From sequence record MN103543.1: a stretch of DNA of 40,000 nucleotides. One strand, written 5' to 3'. Position numbers and translations under genes: made by a program. Origin of the DNA: Pseudomonas phage vB_PaeM_PS119XW. The notes beneath the pieces were generated by a model. It did not search any database and was not told the origin of the DNA. It worked only from the letters and a program-made list of their open reading frames with translations. Positions 1-8,452 of the stretch are shown here, piece by piece (positions within the stretch are counted from its first letter, which is position 1; each line of letters begins with the position of its first letter).

Positions 1-1
1 A

Positions 2-250
2 ATGATCCGAGAATGGATCGAACTTGAACTCGATGAAACCTGCGTAGCTGGTGATAGCTATACTCGTCTTGCTGTCAAAAAGAAGGATAATGTAATTACC
101 TTTTCTAGTCGTAGTCGCGGACATACAAAGGAATATCTCACTGCCACTTTGACGGGCGATGAAATTGAACTCTCGTCTACGCAAGGTGAAGTCCGCCAGT
201 GGATCAGTACGGCACAGTTTTGTATTGGAAAGACACTCCAAAACTACTGA
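2..250 (+). CDS. hypothetical protein, possibly truncated at window edge
   Basis: ORF track, starts at base 2. Confidence 0.55.
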   Translation: MIREWIELELDETCVAGDSYTRLAVKKKDNVITFSSRSRGHTKEYLTATLTGDEIELSSTQGEVRQWISTAQFCIGKTLQNY

Positions 251-276
251 TATGTAATCACTATAGAGTACTTAGC

Positions 277-705
277 ATGTCGCAACGTGAACACATCATC
301 GAGATCATGAAAACTTGGGCTACTACCAATAAGTGCCCACCTGAAGAAATGGCCCTAGGTCATCTCAGTGCAATGGTTATTTACAATCTGCGTAAAGAAG
401 TGAATACCATTGATATCTTTTTGACACCTGCTCAATACAATCGCTGGATTGAAGCTGGTAACGAAGAGACAGAAGACGATCAAGGTAAGTTCATTGTCTT
501 CTATGATTTCACCCGTTTGCGCAAAATGACAAAGGAGCAACAAGGACAACTTGTTAATAGTTACGAGGTCCAAGTTCTCCATCCCCTTCACCTGAAAGAA
601 ACGTTTGAAGCCCTTGAGAAGATAGAATCAAGAGACCCTAAAGTACGGGCTAAGGATCATCGTGCTGTACAAGATCTCGATGTATTCCTTAGACGTTATT
701 GGTGA
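277..705 (+). CDS. hypothetical protein (142 aa from ATG 277)
   Basis: ORF; in-frame ATG at 277 (MSQREHIIEIMK) preferred over upstream start at 199, which overlaps the previous gene. Confidence 0.75.
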   Translation: MSQREHIIEIMKTWATTNKCPPEEMALGHLSAMVIYNLRKEVNTIDIFLTPAQYNRWIEAGNEETEDDQGKFIVFYDFTRLRKMTKEQQGQLVNSYEVQVLHPLHLKETFEALEKIESRDPKVRAKDHRAVQDLDVFLRRYW

Positions 706-711
706 GATAAA

Positions 712-1119
712 ATGATAAGTCTGTTTGCGATATTTTTGTCTTTCTTCATCGGTCTTGGTATTTCCTTTACTATCATTGCGATAGATAAAAAGAAATATAG
801 AGACGATAACAATAACCGTCATCCTGAACTGGAGCTACGTGTTAATCAGTTAGCTAATTGGTTGATAACCACGGTTGTTGTATTCATGGCAAGCGTGACG
901 GTTGGCTTCCTTAATAAGAATGTTGATAGCATGTGGATTGGTGCGGGTATTGTTACGCTTGTAGCGATAATTGCTATTATAGGTAAACTATATTCGATAC
1001 ATGTATTCAACTTAATGGAAGATGTAAAACAGAAATATAAGCCTGCTGCTGTTGAAGCATACTTATTTTCTTTCTGGGTTATCTTGCTGTTGGATAAAGC
1101 TCTTTTAGTAAACATTTAG
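712..1119 (+). CDS. hypothetical membrane protein, ~4 TM segments
   Basis: ORF with several long hydrophobic stretches (MISLFAIFLSFFIGLGISFTII..., WLITTVVVFMASVTVGFL, IVTLVAIIAIIG). Confidence 0.75.
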   Translation: MISLFAIFLSFFIGLGISFTIIAIDKKKYRDDNNNRHPELELRVNQLANWLITTVVVFMASVTVGFLNKNVDSMWIGAGIVTLVAIIAIIGKLYSIHVFNLMEDVKQKYKPAAVEAYLFSFWVILLLDKALLVNI

Positions 1120-1126
1120 ATACAGG

Positions 1127-1165
1127 CCCACCCTTCGGGGTGGGTTTATTTTGTTTTTCTTTTTT
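1127..1165 (+). terminator. intrinsic terminator
   Basis: CCCACCC-TTCG-GGGTGGG hairpin followed by TTTATTTTGTTTTTCTTTTTT. Confidence 0.85.
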
Positions 1166-1187
1166 ACATTCAAACCAATTTAAAGGC

Positions 1188-1195
1188 TATATTAC
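1188..1195 (+). promoter_or_regulatory. putative early-type phage promoter TATATTAC
   Basis: GGCTATATTACAA, just after a terminator and 34 nt before ATG 1229; motif recurs in the window. Confidence 0.6.
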
Positions 1196-1228
1196 AAACG
1201 TGATAATAAACCTTAGAGGTATCACGAC

Positions 1229-1453
1229 ATGAATAGCCATGCGTACAAAACCGTAAAGGTTCTCGGTCGTGATTACCGAGTAACCAGCAATAGTAAATTT
1301 GTAACCATTCTTGATGCACGTGGTAACATGTGCTTTAACTTGAATGTAGTTGAACGTAAAGCTACACAGCCATGCGAATCTTTCCGTCGTTATTGTGCCG
1401 GTGTTGGCGTTACTCCGAAAGCAATGATCCTGTCTATTCTTAATAACGTGTAA
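1229..1453 (+). CDS. hypothetical small protein
   Basis: ORF with RBS-like TTAGAGG upstream. Confidence 0.7.
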   Translation: MNSHAYKTVKVLGRDYRVTSNSKFVTILDARGNMCFNLNVVERKATQPCESFRRYCAGVGVTPKAMILSILNNV

Positions 1454-1464
1454 GGAGATTGATT

Positions 1465-1695
1465 ATGCAAGCTTTCTTTGATAAGATCCAAGCTGAAGCC
1501 AAACGTGTTGTCGAAACTAATCCTCAGGGCCGTTGGACTTATGGGGATTGGGATGTCTTCGTTCAGGAAGATAAAGTCATCATTAATGATAGTAATCTAG
1601 AGCTTGTTGCTGAAGCATCGGCATCGAAACCTGATTTGGTTTGCATGAAATGTGATCCTGATGACGTTCTGGAATGCTTGGAGCGTTTGTCATAA
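1465..1695 (+). CDS. hypothetical small protein
   Basis: ORF; AAGGAG upstream of ATG 1465. Confidence 0.7.
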   Translation: MQAFFDKIQAEAKRVVETNPQGRWTYGDWDVFVQEDKVIINDSNLELVAEASASKPDLVCMKCDPDDVLECLERLS

Positions 1696-1696
1696 T

Positions 1697-1740
1697 GGCA
1701 TAAAGCCCCTACCTTCGGGTAGGGGCTATGCTTATTTTTT
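1697..1740. terminator. bidirectional terminator between convergent genes
   Basis: GCATAAAGCCCCTACC-TTCG-GGTAGGGGCTATGC then TTATTTTTTTT. Confidence 0.85.
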
Positions 1741-2658
1741 TTATTTTAGATAATACATGGCATTACTAGCAGCGTTGACTGAACTGTTACCAGAACCACC
1801 GAAACAATACAACCGTTTTCCATCGGATACAATACTCGAATTGAATACGATATTAGCTATATTCTTGAACAATACCCATTTATTTTCATCGGGTAAATAT
1901 TCGTAGATATTTTTATTCGCGTTGTTATTGATTAAGGGTGCACCAGGCATCAGGAATATCCGACCATCCATGGTGAAGCCACTACCAACCCAAGTAGTAA
2001 TTGGGAAATTACTTAGCTGTACCCACGTATTTGTGGATAAAGTATATTCCCAGAAATCATTACGATTGCTAACGCCACCGATTAAATAGAATTTACCATT
2101 TAGATAAACACTAGCAGACGATGTTCTAGCTGGCGGGCGAAGTGTTGGTTGGGTTACAGTTTCCCAAGTGTCGGTAGCGATATTATATTTCATTAACACG
2201 TCGTTTGACGGCGTGCCACCGTAAGTATAAATAAAGCCCGACTCATAGAACATGTGGAAATCGTAACGAGCCACAGGTGGGGATTTCAAAACCAGTTTTT
2301 CTTTTGTTAATGGATCAATCCTAACAAAAGTGCTATTAACAGCATTACCTGGAAATGTAGCGCCGCCGAGGTGGTACAGATATGTTCCATCGTTAACGAT
2401 ACCAGAGAAATATACAGACGACGGAACAGTACTGAAGTTTTGATCATACACACCAGTGGCAAGATCATACGTCATTAACGTCGAAGTGGATACACCATTT
2501 GTTCCACCTTGCGTGCCGCCACCAGCAATATATACTTTACCATTGAGTAGGGTTGCAGGTGCACCTACCCTAGTAACAGGCATGTTAGGACCCTGTACAG
2601 GGATTCCTTGCCATCCAAGATTAGTTCTGACTAATGTAGCGAGTAAAGACTCGAACAT
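1741..2658 (-). CDS. kelch-repeat beta-propeller protein
   Basis: Repeated kelch-like units: KVYIAGGGTQGG...LMTYDLATGVYDQ; YLYHLGGATFPG; FIYTYGGTPSNDVLMKYNIATDTWETV; KFYLIGGVSNRNDFWEYTLSTNTWVQL; RLYCFGGSG. Start placed at MFESLL (2658) rather than 2727. Confidence 0.85.
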   Translation of the reverse strand: MFESLLATLVRTNLGWQGIPVQGPNMPVTRVGAPATLLNGKVYIAGGGTQGGTNGVSTSTLMTYDLATGVYDQNFSTVPSSVYFSGIVNDGTYLYHLGGATFPGNAVNSTFVRIDPLTKEKLVLKSPPVARYDFHMFYESGFIYTYGGTPSNDVLMKYNIATDTWETVTQPTLRPPARTSSASVYLNGKFYLIGGVSNRNDFWEYTLSTNTWVQLSNFPITTWVGSGFTMDGRIFLMPGAPLINNNANKNIYEYLPDENKWVLFKNIANIVFNSSIVSDGKRLYCFGGSGNSSVNAASNAMYYLK

Positions 2659-2674
2659 ATAAACACCTACGCCC

Positions 2675-3487
2675 TTACGGCGCCGCCATGATAGTACGGA
2701 TATGGTGTCGGTTACCTTCAGGGTCATTGAAGTTCCGGGATACCTTCCGCCACTTCTTCAGTTGCTCATCATAGAGATCGTTCGCTTCAGACCATTCGTA
2801 AACTTTGTCACGGAATACACCAAGCTCTTGACCGCCAGATAACTGAGCTTCACCCATATTGATGTAAAGTTCATTATAGCAGTAGGCTTTAACAGCATAT
2901 TCAACTAGTTTAGAGAATACAGGGATAGCCTGAGGACGAATATTAAGTAACTCGTCATCATTACCCAAGCGACACGATAAATACGCGGCATGTGAAGGTA
3001 AGTAAATAAATCTAACCATTACAGTGTTATGGTTAATCAAGTTAATGTATGCAGTCTGTGCAACAGGTAGTCTTCGCGCAGAGTCTAATACTTTACGTGA
3101 TTCAGCACCAATAGTCGATTCATTATAGTGCATTGCATATCCAGAGTTCTGATAACCTAGGATACCGAAGTGAATACTAAATACCTGGACGATGGGACGC
3201 TGTTGGGTGTATTCATCCGGGATATAGTAAATAACAGTGTACGGATCGACATATTCAGACTTAACAGGAAAGTCTAGTGGAATATAAGTTTTAGTTCCAC
3301 CGATCAAGTTCATGTCTGCAAAGACACGTGGCTCTAATACCGCCTCTCGAATTCTAGTTTCAAGAGAAATGACTTCACCGCAAATAGCTGCATTAGATGC
3401 AGCTTCTTGTCCAATGAAAACAGACTCTAGAATCTGACGGGGAATTCGGAAAGGTAAATCTCGAAGTGCATATTGAATAGCATTCAT
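2675..3487 (-). CDS. hypothetical protein, 270 aa, possibly structural
   Basis: ORF on same strand immediately upstream of the kelch gene. Confidence 0.75.
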   Translation of the reverse strand: MNAIQYALRDLPFRIPRQILESVFIGQEAASNAAICGEVISLETRIREAVLEPRVFADMNLIGGTKTYIPLDFPVKSEYVDPYTVIYYIPDEYTQQRPIVQVFSIHFGILGYQNSGYAMHYNESTIGAESRKVLDSARRLPVAQTAYINLINHNTVMVRFIYLPSHAAYLSCRLGNDDELLNIRPQAIPVFSKLVEYAVKAYCYNELYINMGEAQLSGGQELGVFRDKVYEWSEANDLYDEQLKKWRKVSRNFNDPEGNRHHIRTIMAAP

Positions 3488-3552
3488 GTTTAAACGCCCC
3501 TAGGAAGCTCGCCAGCGAACGAACACCCATGGAGATAATACCCAGGTGGGGT

Positions 3553-3560
3553 ATCATATA
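3553..3560 (-). promoter_or_regulatory. putative promoter TATATGAT for the minus-strand pair
   Basis: minus-strand GTTGTATATGATACC upstream of gene 2675-3487; resembles the recurring motif. Confidence 0.3.
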
Positions 3561-3599
3561 CAACGGGGGTTCTGTGACGATTTTAAAAGATTTCAAATC

Positions 3600-3607
3600 T
3601 ATATCAT
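3600..3607 (+). promoter_or_regulatory. putative promoter TATATCAT
   Basis: TTTCAAATCTATATCATAG, 30 nt before ATG 3637; same context as 13622. Confidence 0.55.
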
Positions 3608-3636
3608 AGCTCTGAGTGATTTCCGGAATACTAACT

Positions 3637-4029
3637 ATGATTCCTCAAAGACAAGTTCAACTTCATGCCTTCGAGTTGGCTGGAGTCATAAAGGCCATTA
3701 CTCAACCACCCTTCATGGCTTTAGTTAAATCTAAAGCAATTGAATCGGTTGACATGGATACTACTGACTTCTCAGGACTCCTGGTAAAAGCTAAGGAACA
3801 GTTAATAGATGATTTCATCCAGAACGCAATAAATTCGTTTCAATGTTGTTTTGTAATGGGTTACGCACCATATCGTAACACGCAGGCCGAACTGGAATGG
3901 ATGGCATTTCATAATGAGGCGCGTTCATTACTTTACGACACTCTCAATCTTCCAGTGGAAGCTTCCGGGATGCATGTTGGTTACAGACGTATTGGTTCTG
4001 TTATCTACTTAGCAATACCTATCAATTAA
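3637..4029 (+). CDS. hypothetical protein
   Basis: ORF; ATG 3637 preferred over upstream GTG at 3616. Confidence 0.7.
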   Translation: MIPQRQVQLHAFELAGVIKAITQPPFMALVKSKAIESVDMDTTDFSGLLVKAKEQLIDDFIQNAINSFQCCFVMGYAPYRNTQAELEWMAFHNEARSLLYDTLNLPVEASGMHVGYRRIGSVIYLAIPIN

Positions 4030-4045
4030 TAAATGGAGCAATGCA

Positions 4046-5065
4046 ATGTCGTCCAAACGGTTTGTAGTGCTTGAGATTAACCCACAGGTAGATGTCCTGT
4101 ATACATATCTCGAACACTTTACCAAAAGCAATCCGCATCTGGGTCTACCGCGCCCGACTCGTAACACCGCGATTCAACTGGTGTTCCTTACAGTCAAAGA
4201 AATCTTGACTAGTCGAAGTGCATTCGAAACAGAGATTGACTATGAGGTACATAAAGCAGGTGCCCTATTTAATTCTCCTCCAGGCACATTAGATGAAAAA
4301 CAACTGGAGGTTTATAAGATCTTTGCTAGTGATGTTATCTGGGAAGGCGTTACGATTGAAATCGATAATCAATTGGAACACCACATTGATCGACGCACCT
4401 ATACCGAATGGAAACCAGTCTGCATTGGTAACCTTATTGGGCTTGCTGAAGGTGAAGATCATAGAATCCAAGAATACTATCGCCTGACCGATCAGCATAA
4501 TGATGACAGCCATGCCGAGATTGCATTGAACTGCACTTCTCTAGTGTCGTATCTACATGGTGAATTCATGCGTACATTTGGAGCCGTAATGCGAGATCCA
4601 AATACGTTGACCCGTGCAATTGCAATGATGGGTAAACATCGTACACCTGAACGAGTTCAGAAAGTAATTGATTTCCTGAATAATCCCAACAGGGCCATGG
4701 CAGCAGTGTTCTTGGATACACTGACAACTATGTATCCAATGATAACCCTTGATCCCATTTGTCCTCAAGTGAACGATGATTTGTTCGCACTTGTTGGTAT
4801 TGCTAACATGGAGGAATTCAAACAAAATTACGTGCGTAAAGTTATCACGGCTTTCGGCCTGAGTTACTTCTCGTCGTATGTTAAACGGGATAAGAAATAC
4901 ACGCTTGAATACAGTTCTAGTCACATTCTCGCCATATACGAAATGAAAGGGATCAGTCGTACGGAGAAAGAAATGATGGAGCTTGTTGCATCGTTCCTTC
5001 GTAACGATTATCTTCCCCCAGAACAACGGGCTATTGCAGAACGTTGGTATTTGGAAAATAACTAA
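4046..5065 (+). CDS. hypothetical protein, 339 aa
   Basis: Long ORF, start ATG 4046. Confidence 0.8.
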   Translation: MSSKRFVVLEINPQVDVLYTYLEHFTKSNPHLGLPRPTRNTAIQLVFLTVKEILTSRSAFETEIDYEVHKAGALFNSPPGTLDEKQLEVYKIFASDVIWEGVTIEIDNQLEHHIDRRTYTEWKPVCIGNLIGLAEGEDHRIQEYYRLTDQHNDDSHAEIALNCTSLVSYLHGEFMRTFGAVMRDPNTLTRAIAMMGKHRTPERVQKVIDFLNNPNRAMAAVFLDTLTTMYPMITLDPICPQVNDDLFALVGIANMEEFKQNYVRKVITAFGLSYFSSYVKRDKKYTLEYSSSHILAIYEMKGISRTEKEMMELVASFLRNDYLPPEQRAIAERWYLENN

Positions 5066-5107
5066 CATAGGGCCTCCGAAAGGAGGCTTTATGCCGGAGA
5101 GATAAAT

Positions 5108-5500
5108 GTGAAAGAACAGTTATTGATAACATTCAAGGCGTCGGATTTCATCGGCATGGTCGATGATAAATATTACGATGTAATGCGTAATATCGGACGA
5201 GAAGGTCTTGTCGATCTAATTGCCACATCTATTTGCTGGCAGCTTGACTTTGATAATGAAGAACATATTGAGCTCTTTGAGAAATCAGTTCTTTTAATCT
5301 GCGGATACAAGAAAGAGTCAAATAAATCTAAACCCAAAGACACTCATGACAAGATACTCATTGAGTTCGTCATGAATAGGGTTAAGGCACTGGGATATCT
5401 TATCCCAGATTGTATCCATCTTGACTACGCAAATAGAAAAGTTTACTTAGACGAGAAATCAGATACAGTCTACTTAATCGTGGGGTATTACGTTGCGTGA
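5108..5500 (+). CDS. hypothetical protein
   Basis: ORF. Confidence 0.75.
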   Translation: MKEQLLITFKASDFIGMVDDKYYDVMRNIGREGLVDLIATSICWQLDFDNEEHIELFEKSVLLICGYKKESNKSKPKDTHDKILIEFVMNRVKALGYLIPDCIHLDYANRKVYLDEKSDTVYLIVGYYVA

Positions 5501-5867
5501 GACGATATTCGTGAGGCTATCCATGGATGTTCTTTATGGACCTCGTAGTCGGCAAATAGAAGCATGGGCAGATTTGGTTGGCTTCACGGTATCCGATATC
5601 AACTCATTAGCTATATTGATGGCTGAGGCTGATATAGGTCATGGAACTGATCTCGATGACGATGCAATTATCACTGAAGTTTTTATGGATTCAGATATTG
5701 GTAAATGTATCGTTAGGACAATCCGACGACAAATAAAAGAGATAATATCATACCTTCCAACCGACACCATTGAACTTCGTTACTTAAGAACTTATGGAGA
5801 TGCAGTGTATGTTATCGCCACCCGCGTCCCTAGTCTTCTCAATGGACCTGGGAATATTCTTCCCTAA
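5493..5867 (+). CDS. hypothetical protein
   Basis: ORF overlapping the previous by 8 nt. Confidence 0.7.
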   Translation: MRETIFVRLSMDVLYGPRSRQIEAWADLVGFTVSDINSLAILMAEADIGHGTDLDDDAIITEVFMDSDIGKCIVRTIRRQIKEIISYLPTDTIELRYLRTYGDAVYVIATRVPSLLNGPGNILP

Positions 5868-6279
5868 TTACAACGAGCTTGAAAGATTACATCGAGTGAT
5901 CTACAAGAAGAAAGAGTTCAAGGGCTACGGTCCAGGAGGAGTATGGGATGACGTTATAACTTGGGTACTTAGCGTATCTAAGGCATTAAATGAAAATCCA
6001 GAGGTAATACCAAAGGATGTTACCATACCAAATTTTAGTTATAATGGTAAACTAGCGGAACGATATCAGGAGTTGTTTCTAGAGCACGCGATCATATTTC
6101 TGAAAGCATTACCACGAGGAATTGTTAGTATATTCCCGATAATGTTTAAAGGAACAGCTGCTAGATTTCTGCTAGAGTACTATGGGAGTAAGTGGCAACA
6201 GCATGCGATCGTTACTGGTTTTCGAATCGAAGACTTTAACCGACCAGTTGGTAAAGGAAGAAAACGCGCTTCTAGTTAA
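5842..6279 (+). CDS. hypothetical protein
   Basis: ORF; internal ATG 5842 (MDLGIFFP) reduces overlap with the previous gene. Confidence 0.65.
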   Translation: MDLGIFFPNYNELERLHRVIYKKKEFKGYGPGGVWDDVITWVLSVSKALNENPEVIPKDVTIPNFSYNGKLAERYQELFLEHAIIFLKALPRGIVSIFPIMFKGTAARFLLEYYGSKWQQHAIVTGFRIEDFNRPVGKGRKRASS

Positions 6280-6634
6280 GCGTGTACTGGCTTACTTTGC
6301 CGACTGTGTTCGGCAGTACGTCGGGCACTTAAACCTACCGAGCTGGGATGGCTATTATGAGCTCTATCTGGAGGATTCTTATTTATCTCTTATTAGTGAA
6401 GATTTTGATGGTCAGGACATCATAAAGACAATTAACGACGATGGTGAAGCTGTCGATTGGCGCCTCCGTTTTCGAGAATTGATGGATGTCTGTGTAAATG
6501 CCTATAAGGACGATATGGTATCTACCCTACGTTCGTTCCAGTCAAAATCAGAGATAATTTCTACTGTGAACATAGTAGGTTATGACAAATACAAACTCTC
6601 AATAATGGTGATCTCCATGGAGGCCCCTAAATGA
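6182..6634 (+). CDS. hypothetical protein; start uncertain (downstream ATG at MRSLLV likely)
   Basis: ORF overlapping the previous one. Confidence 0.65.
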   Translation: MGVSGNSMRSLLVFESKTLTDQLVKEENALLVKRVLAYFADCVRQYVGHLNLPSWDGYYELYLEDSYLSLISEDFDGQDIIKTINDDGEAVDWRLRFRELMDVCVNAYKDDMVSTLRSFQSKSEIISTVNIVGYDKYKLSIMVISMEAPK

Positions 6635-7425
6635 ATGTCCAAGAAATGCAACATGTGATACACGGTGTCTTCAATTCGGATGGCACCGTTGATCTAATTG
6701 GTGTTGCTAATAGAACCCATTACATCGCCCCAACCCAGATTCAAGAATCTGCTGGTCCCCGTACTTGCGGGATAATGATCAACTCTAAAGTGATTGATCG
6801 TCAGATTGTTCAGATGACAGATGTTGTCCGGAACAAGATGTTACAGACACATGTACCAAAAAACGAAGACGATCATGTAGCAGAAGAAGATTCTGTTATT
6901 GCACTCATGCAAGACTGTGTTAACAAACACGTCGAATATATCCTAACTGCCCCAGCTAAGGAAAACGTAGGTTTTGTACACTACGTAGAAGAATATTTCC
7001 CGAGCATTAAGAATGATCTTATTAATGACTCTACAACTATGCTTTATCTTGAAGCTAAGTTTGCAGAGACAACGGGAATGCTCGGAGAATGTCTTCAACC
7101 AGCGATCACTGATTTGGAAAATAATGGTTGTTTAATCGATAAGATAGAGAACTTTGCTGTTGGTCAGTACGACAGCTATTATGTTCTGGTCGGTGACAAT
7201 CCTGACGCTCCATACACAGATGATCCGGCCGATGGTCCACATGTACGTGAACCTTACAATCCTAATGACAATCCGTATCGCGAACAAGCTCGTCTTGAAC
7301 GTGAACAGGAGCTACAGCTTGCAATGCTGCCGCCAGAGGATCGTGAGTCATATTTGCGTACAATTAATTCACCCCTTAGCGTAACTAAAGAACAAATCGG
7401 GTTGGGATTGAACGATGATACATGA
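6631..7425 (+). CDS. hypothetical protein, 264 aa
   Basis: ORF, 4-nt overlap with previous gene (ATGA). Confidence 0.8.
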   Translation: MNVQEMQHVIHGVFNSDGTVDLIGVANRTHYIAPTQIQESAGPRTCGIMINSKVIDRQIVQMTDVVRNKMLQTHVPKNEDDHVAEEDSVIALMQDCVNKHVEYILTAPAKENVGFVHYVEEYFPSIKNDLINDSTTMLYLEAKFAETTGMLGECLQPAITDLENNGCLIDKIENFAVGQYDSYYVLVGDNPDAPYTDDPADGPHVREPYNPNDNPYREQARLEREQELQLAMLPPEDRESYLRTINSPLSVTKEQIGLGLNDDT

Positions 7426-7840
7426 TCTTGTCATAGCTGGTACAATTGCAGGAGCTCAGTATGCAGAGAGATTCGGATTGCGGTTCTATCAGGATCGTTG
7501 GATGGATGAGCGGGATAAAAAGGAAGTAGATGATTCCCTGGAAGACGAATTAGCTGCAACTGTAGGTAAAGATATTAAGTTGCCGGTTGATCAAATCCGT
7601 AAGCGCGTCCTGTTCTATTTTCAACGAGAAGTAATGAACAATTTCGGGATACATATTCTCGAATCAGCCGGCGCTACGGACGATCTGTTAGACGACGATG
7701 ATATCAACGTGGTTGAGATGTATAAAGTCTTTAAAGAGTTTACACTGAATAACCCGTTATTAGACGTTCTGTCAATGTGGCCGATTGATATGAATGGATC
7801 GTTTGCATTCGTGGTTTCGCGCAAACCTATGAGTGCTTAA
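7415..7840 (+). CDS. hypothetical protein
   Basis: ORF. Confidence 0.75.
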   Translation: MIHDLVIAGTIAGAQYAERFGLRFYQDRWMDERDKKEVDDSLEDELAATVGKDIKLPVDQIRKRVLFYFQREVMNNFGIHILESAGATDDLLDDDDINVVEMYKVFKEFTLNNPLLDVLSMWPIDMNGSFAFVVSRKPMSA

Positions 7841-7863
7841 CAATCAGTTCAACGGAGTCAATC

Positions 7864-8271
7864 ATGCCATCCATTCGTGACGTAGCAATTGGCCAGAAAA
7901 TCAGTTTTGAAGTTTATCCGTCTGCACAATACGGAAACAACTTTAAGAATGTAACACTGGCCGCATTCCTAGACGCAAATCTTGTACGTATCCTGGGTTT
8001 CGATTTAATCGCCGCTCACCAAAACGTGTATCCGACTCTCCCAGCGGGTACACCAAACGATCCATCGCAGTACAGTTATGTACGCGTTGAATTTGAAGGT
8101 GGGCAGCACCAGTATATTGGTATTCCATGGATTCGTGAAGGAAGTGTGGTCGTCAACAACGGTCAGAAAGCTACCTTAGTATTCCAGAATATCGATCAAC
8201 GACGTTTGGAACGAATCATCGAAGCTTGCAAGATGAATAACGAAGTTCCAGATTCAGTTGTCTTGGAATAA
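7864..8271 (+). CDS. hypothetical protein, possible small beta-rich protein
   Basis: ORF. Confidence 0.75.
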   Translation: MPSIRDVAIGQKISFEVYPSAQYGNNFKNVTLAAFLDANLVRILGFDLIAAHQNVYPTLPAGTPNDPSQYSYVRVEFEGGQHQYIGIPWIREGSVVVNNGQKATLVFQNIDQRRLERIIEACKMNNEVPDSVVLE

Positions 8272-8373
8272 ACATAGTGCCCTCCACTCGGAGGGCATAT
8301 ATGTCGTCGCGAACTTTTACCTTATGGCACATCAATATGTGAAAGTAATTTGATGTGCTACCGCTCAATCTTT

Positions 8374-8404
8374 GGACATCCATTGGGTGTCCTAATTTTT
8401 TTCC
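8374..8404 (+). terminator. intrinsic terminator upstream of the DNA polymerase gene
   Basis: GGACATCC-ATT-GGGTGTCC then TAATTTTTTT. Confidence 0.8.
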
Positions 8405-8452
8405 GTTTTAGCGTAGCCATCTCTTGAAAGATCAAATTTTAAGAGAGGAAAT

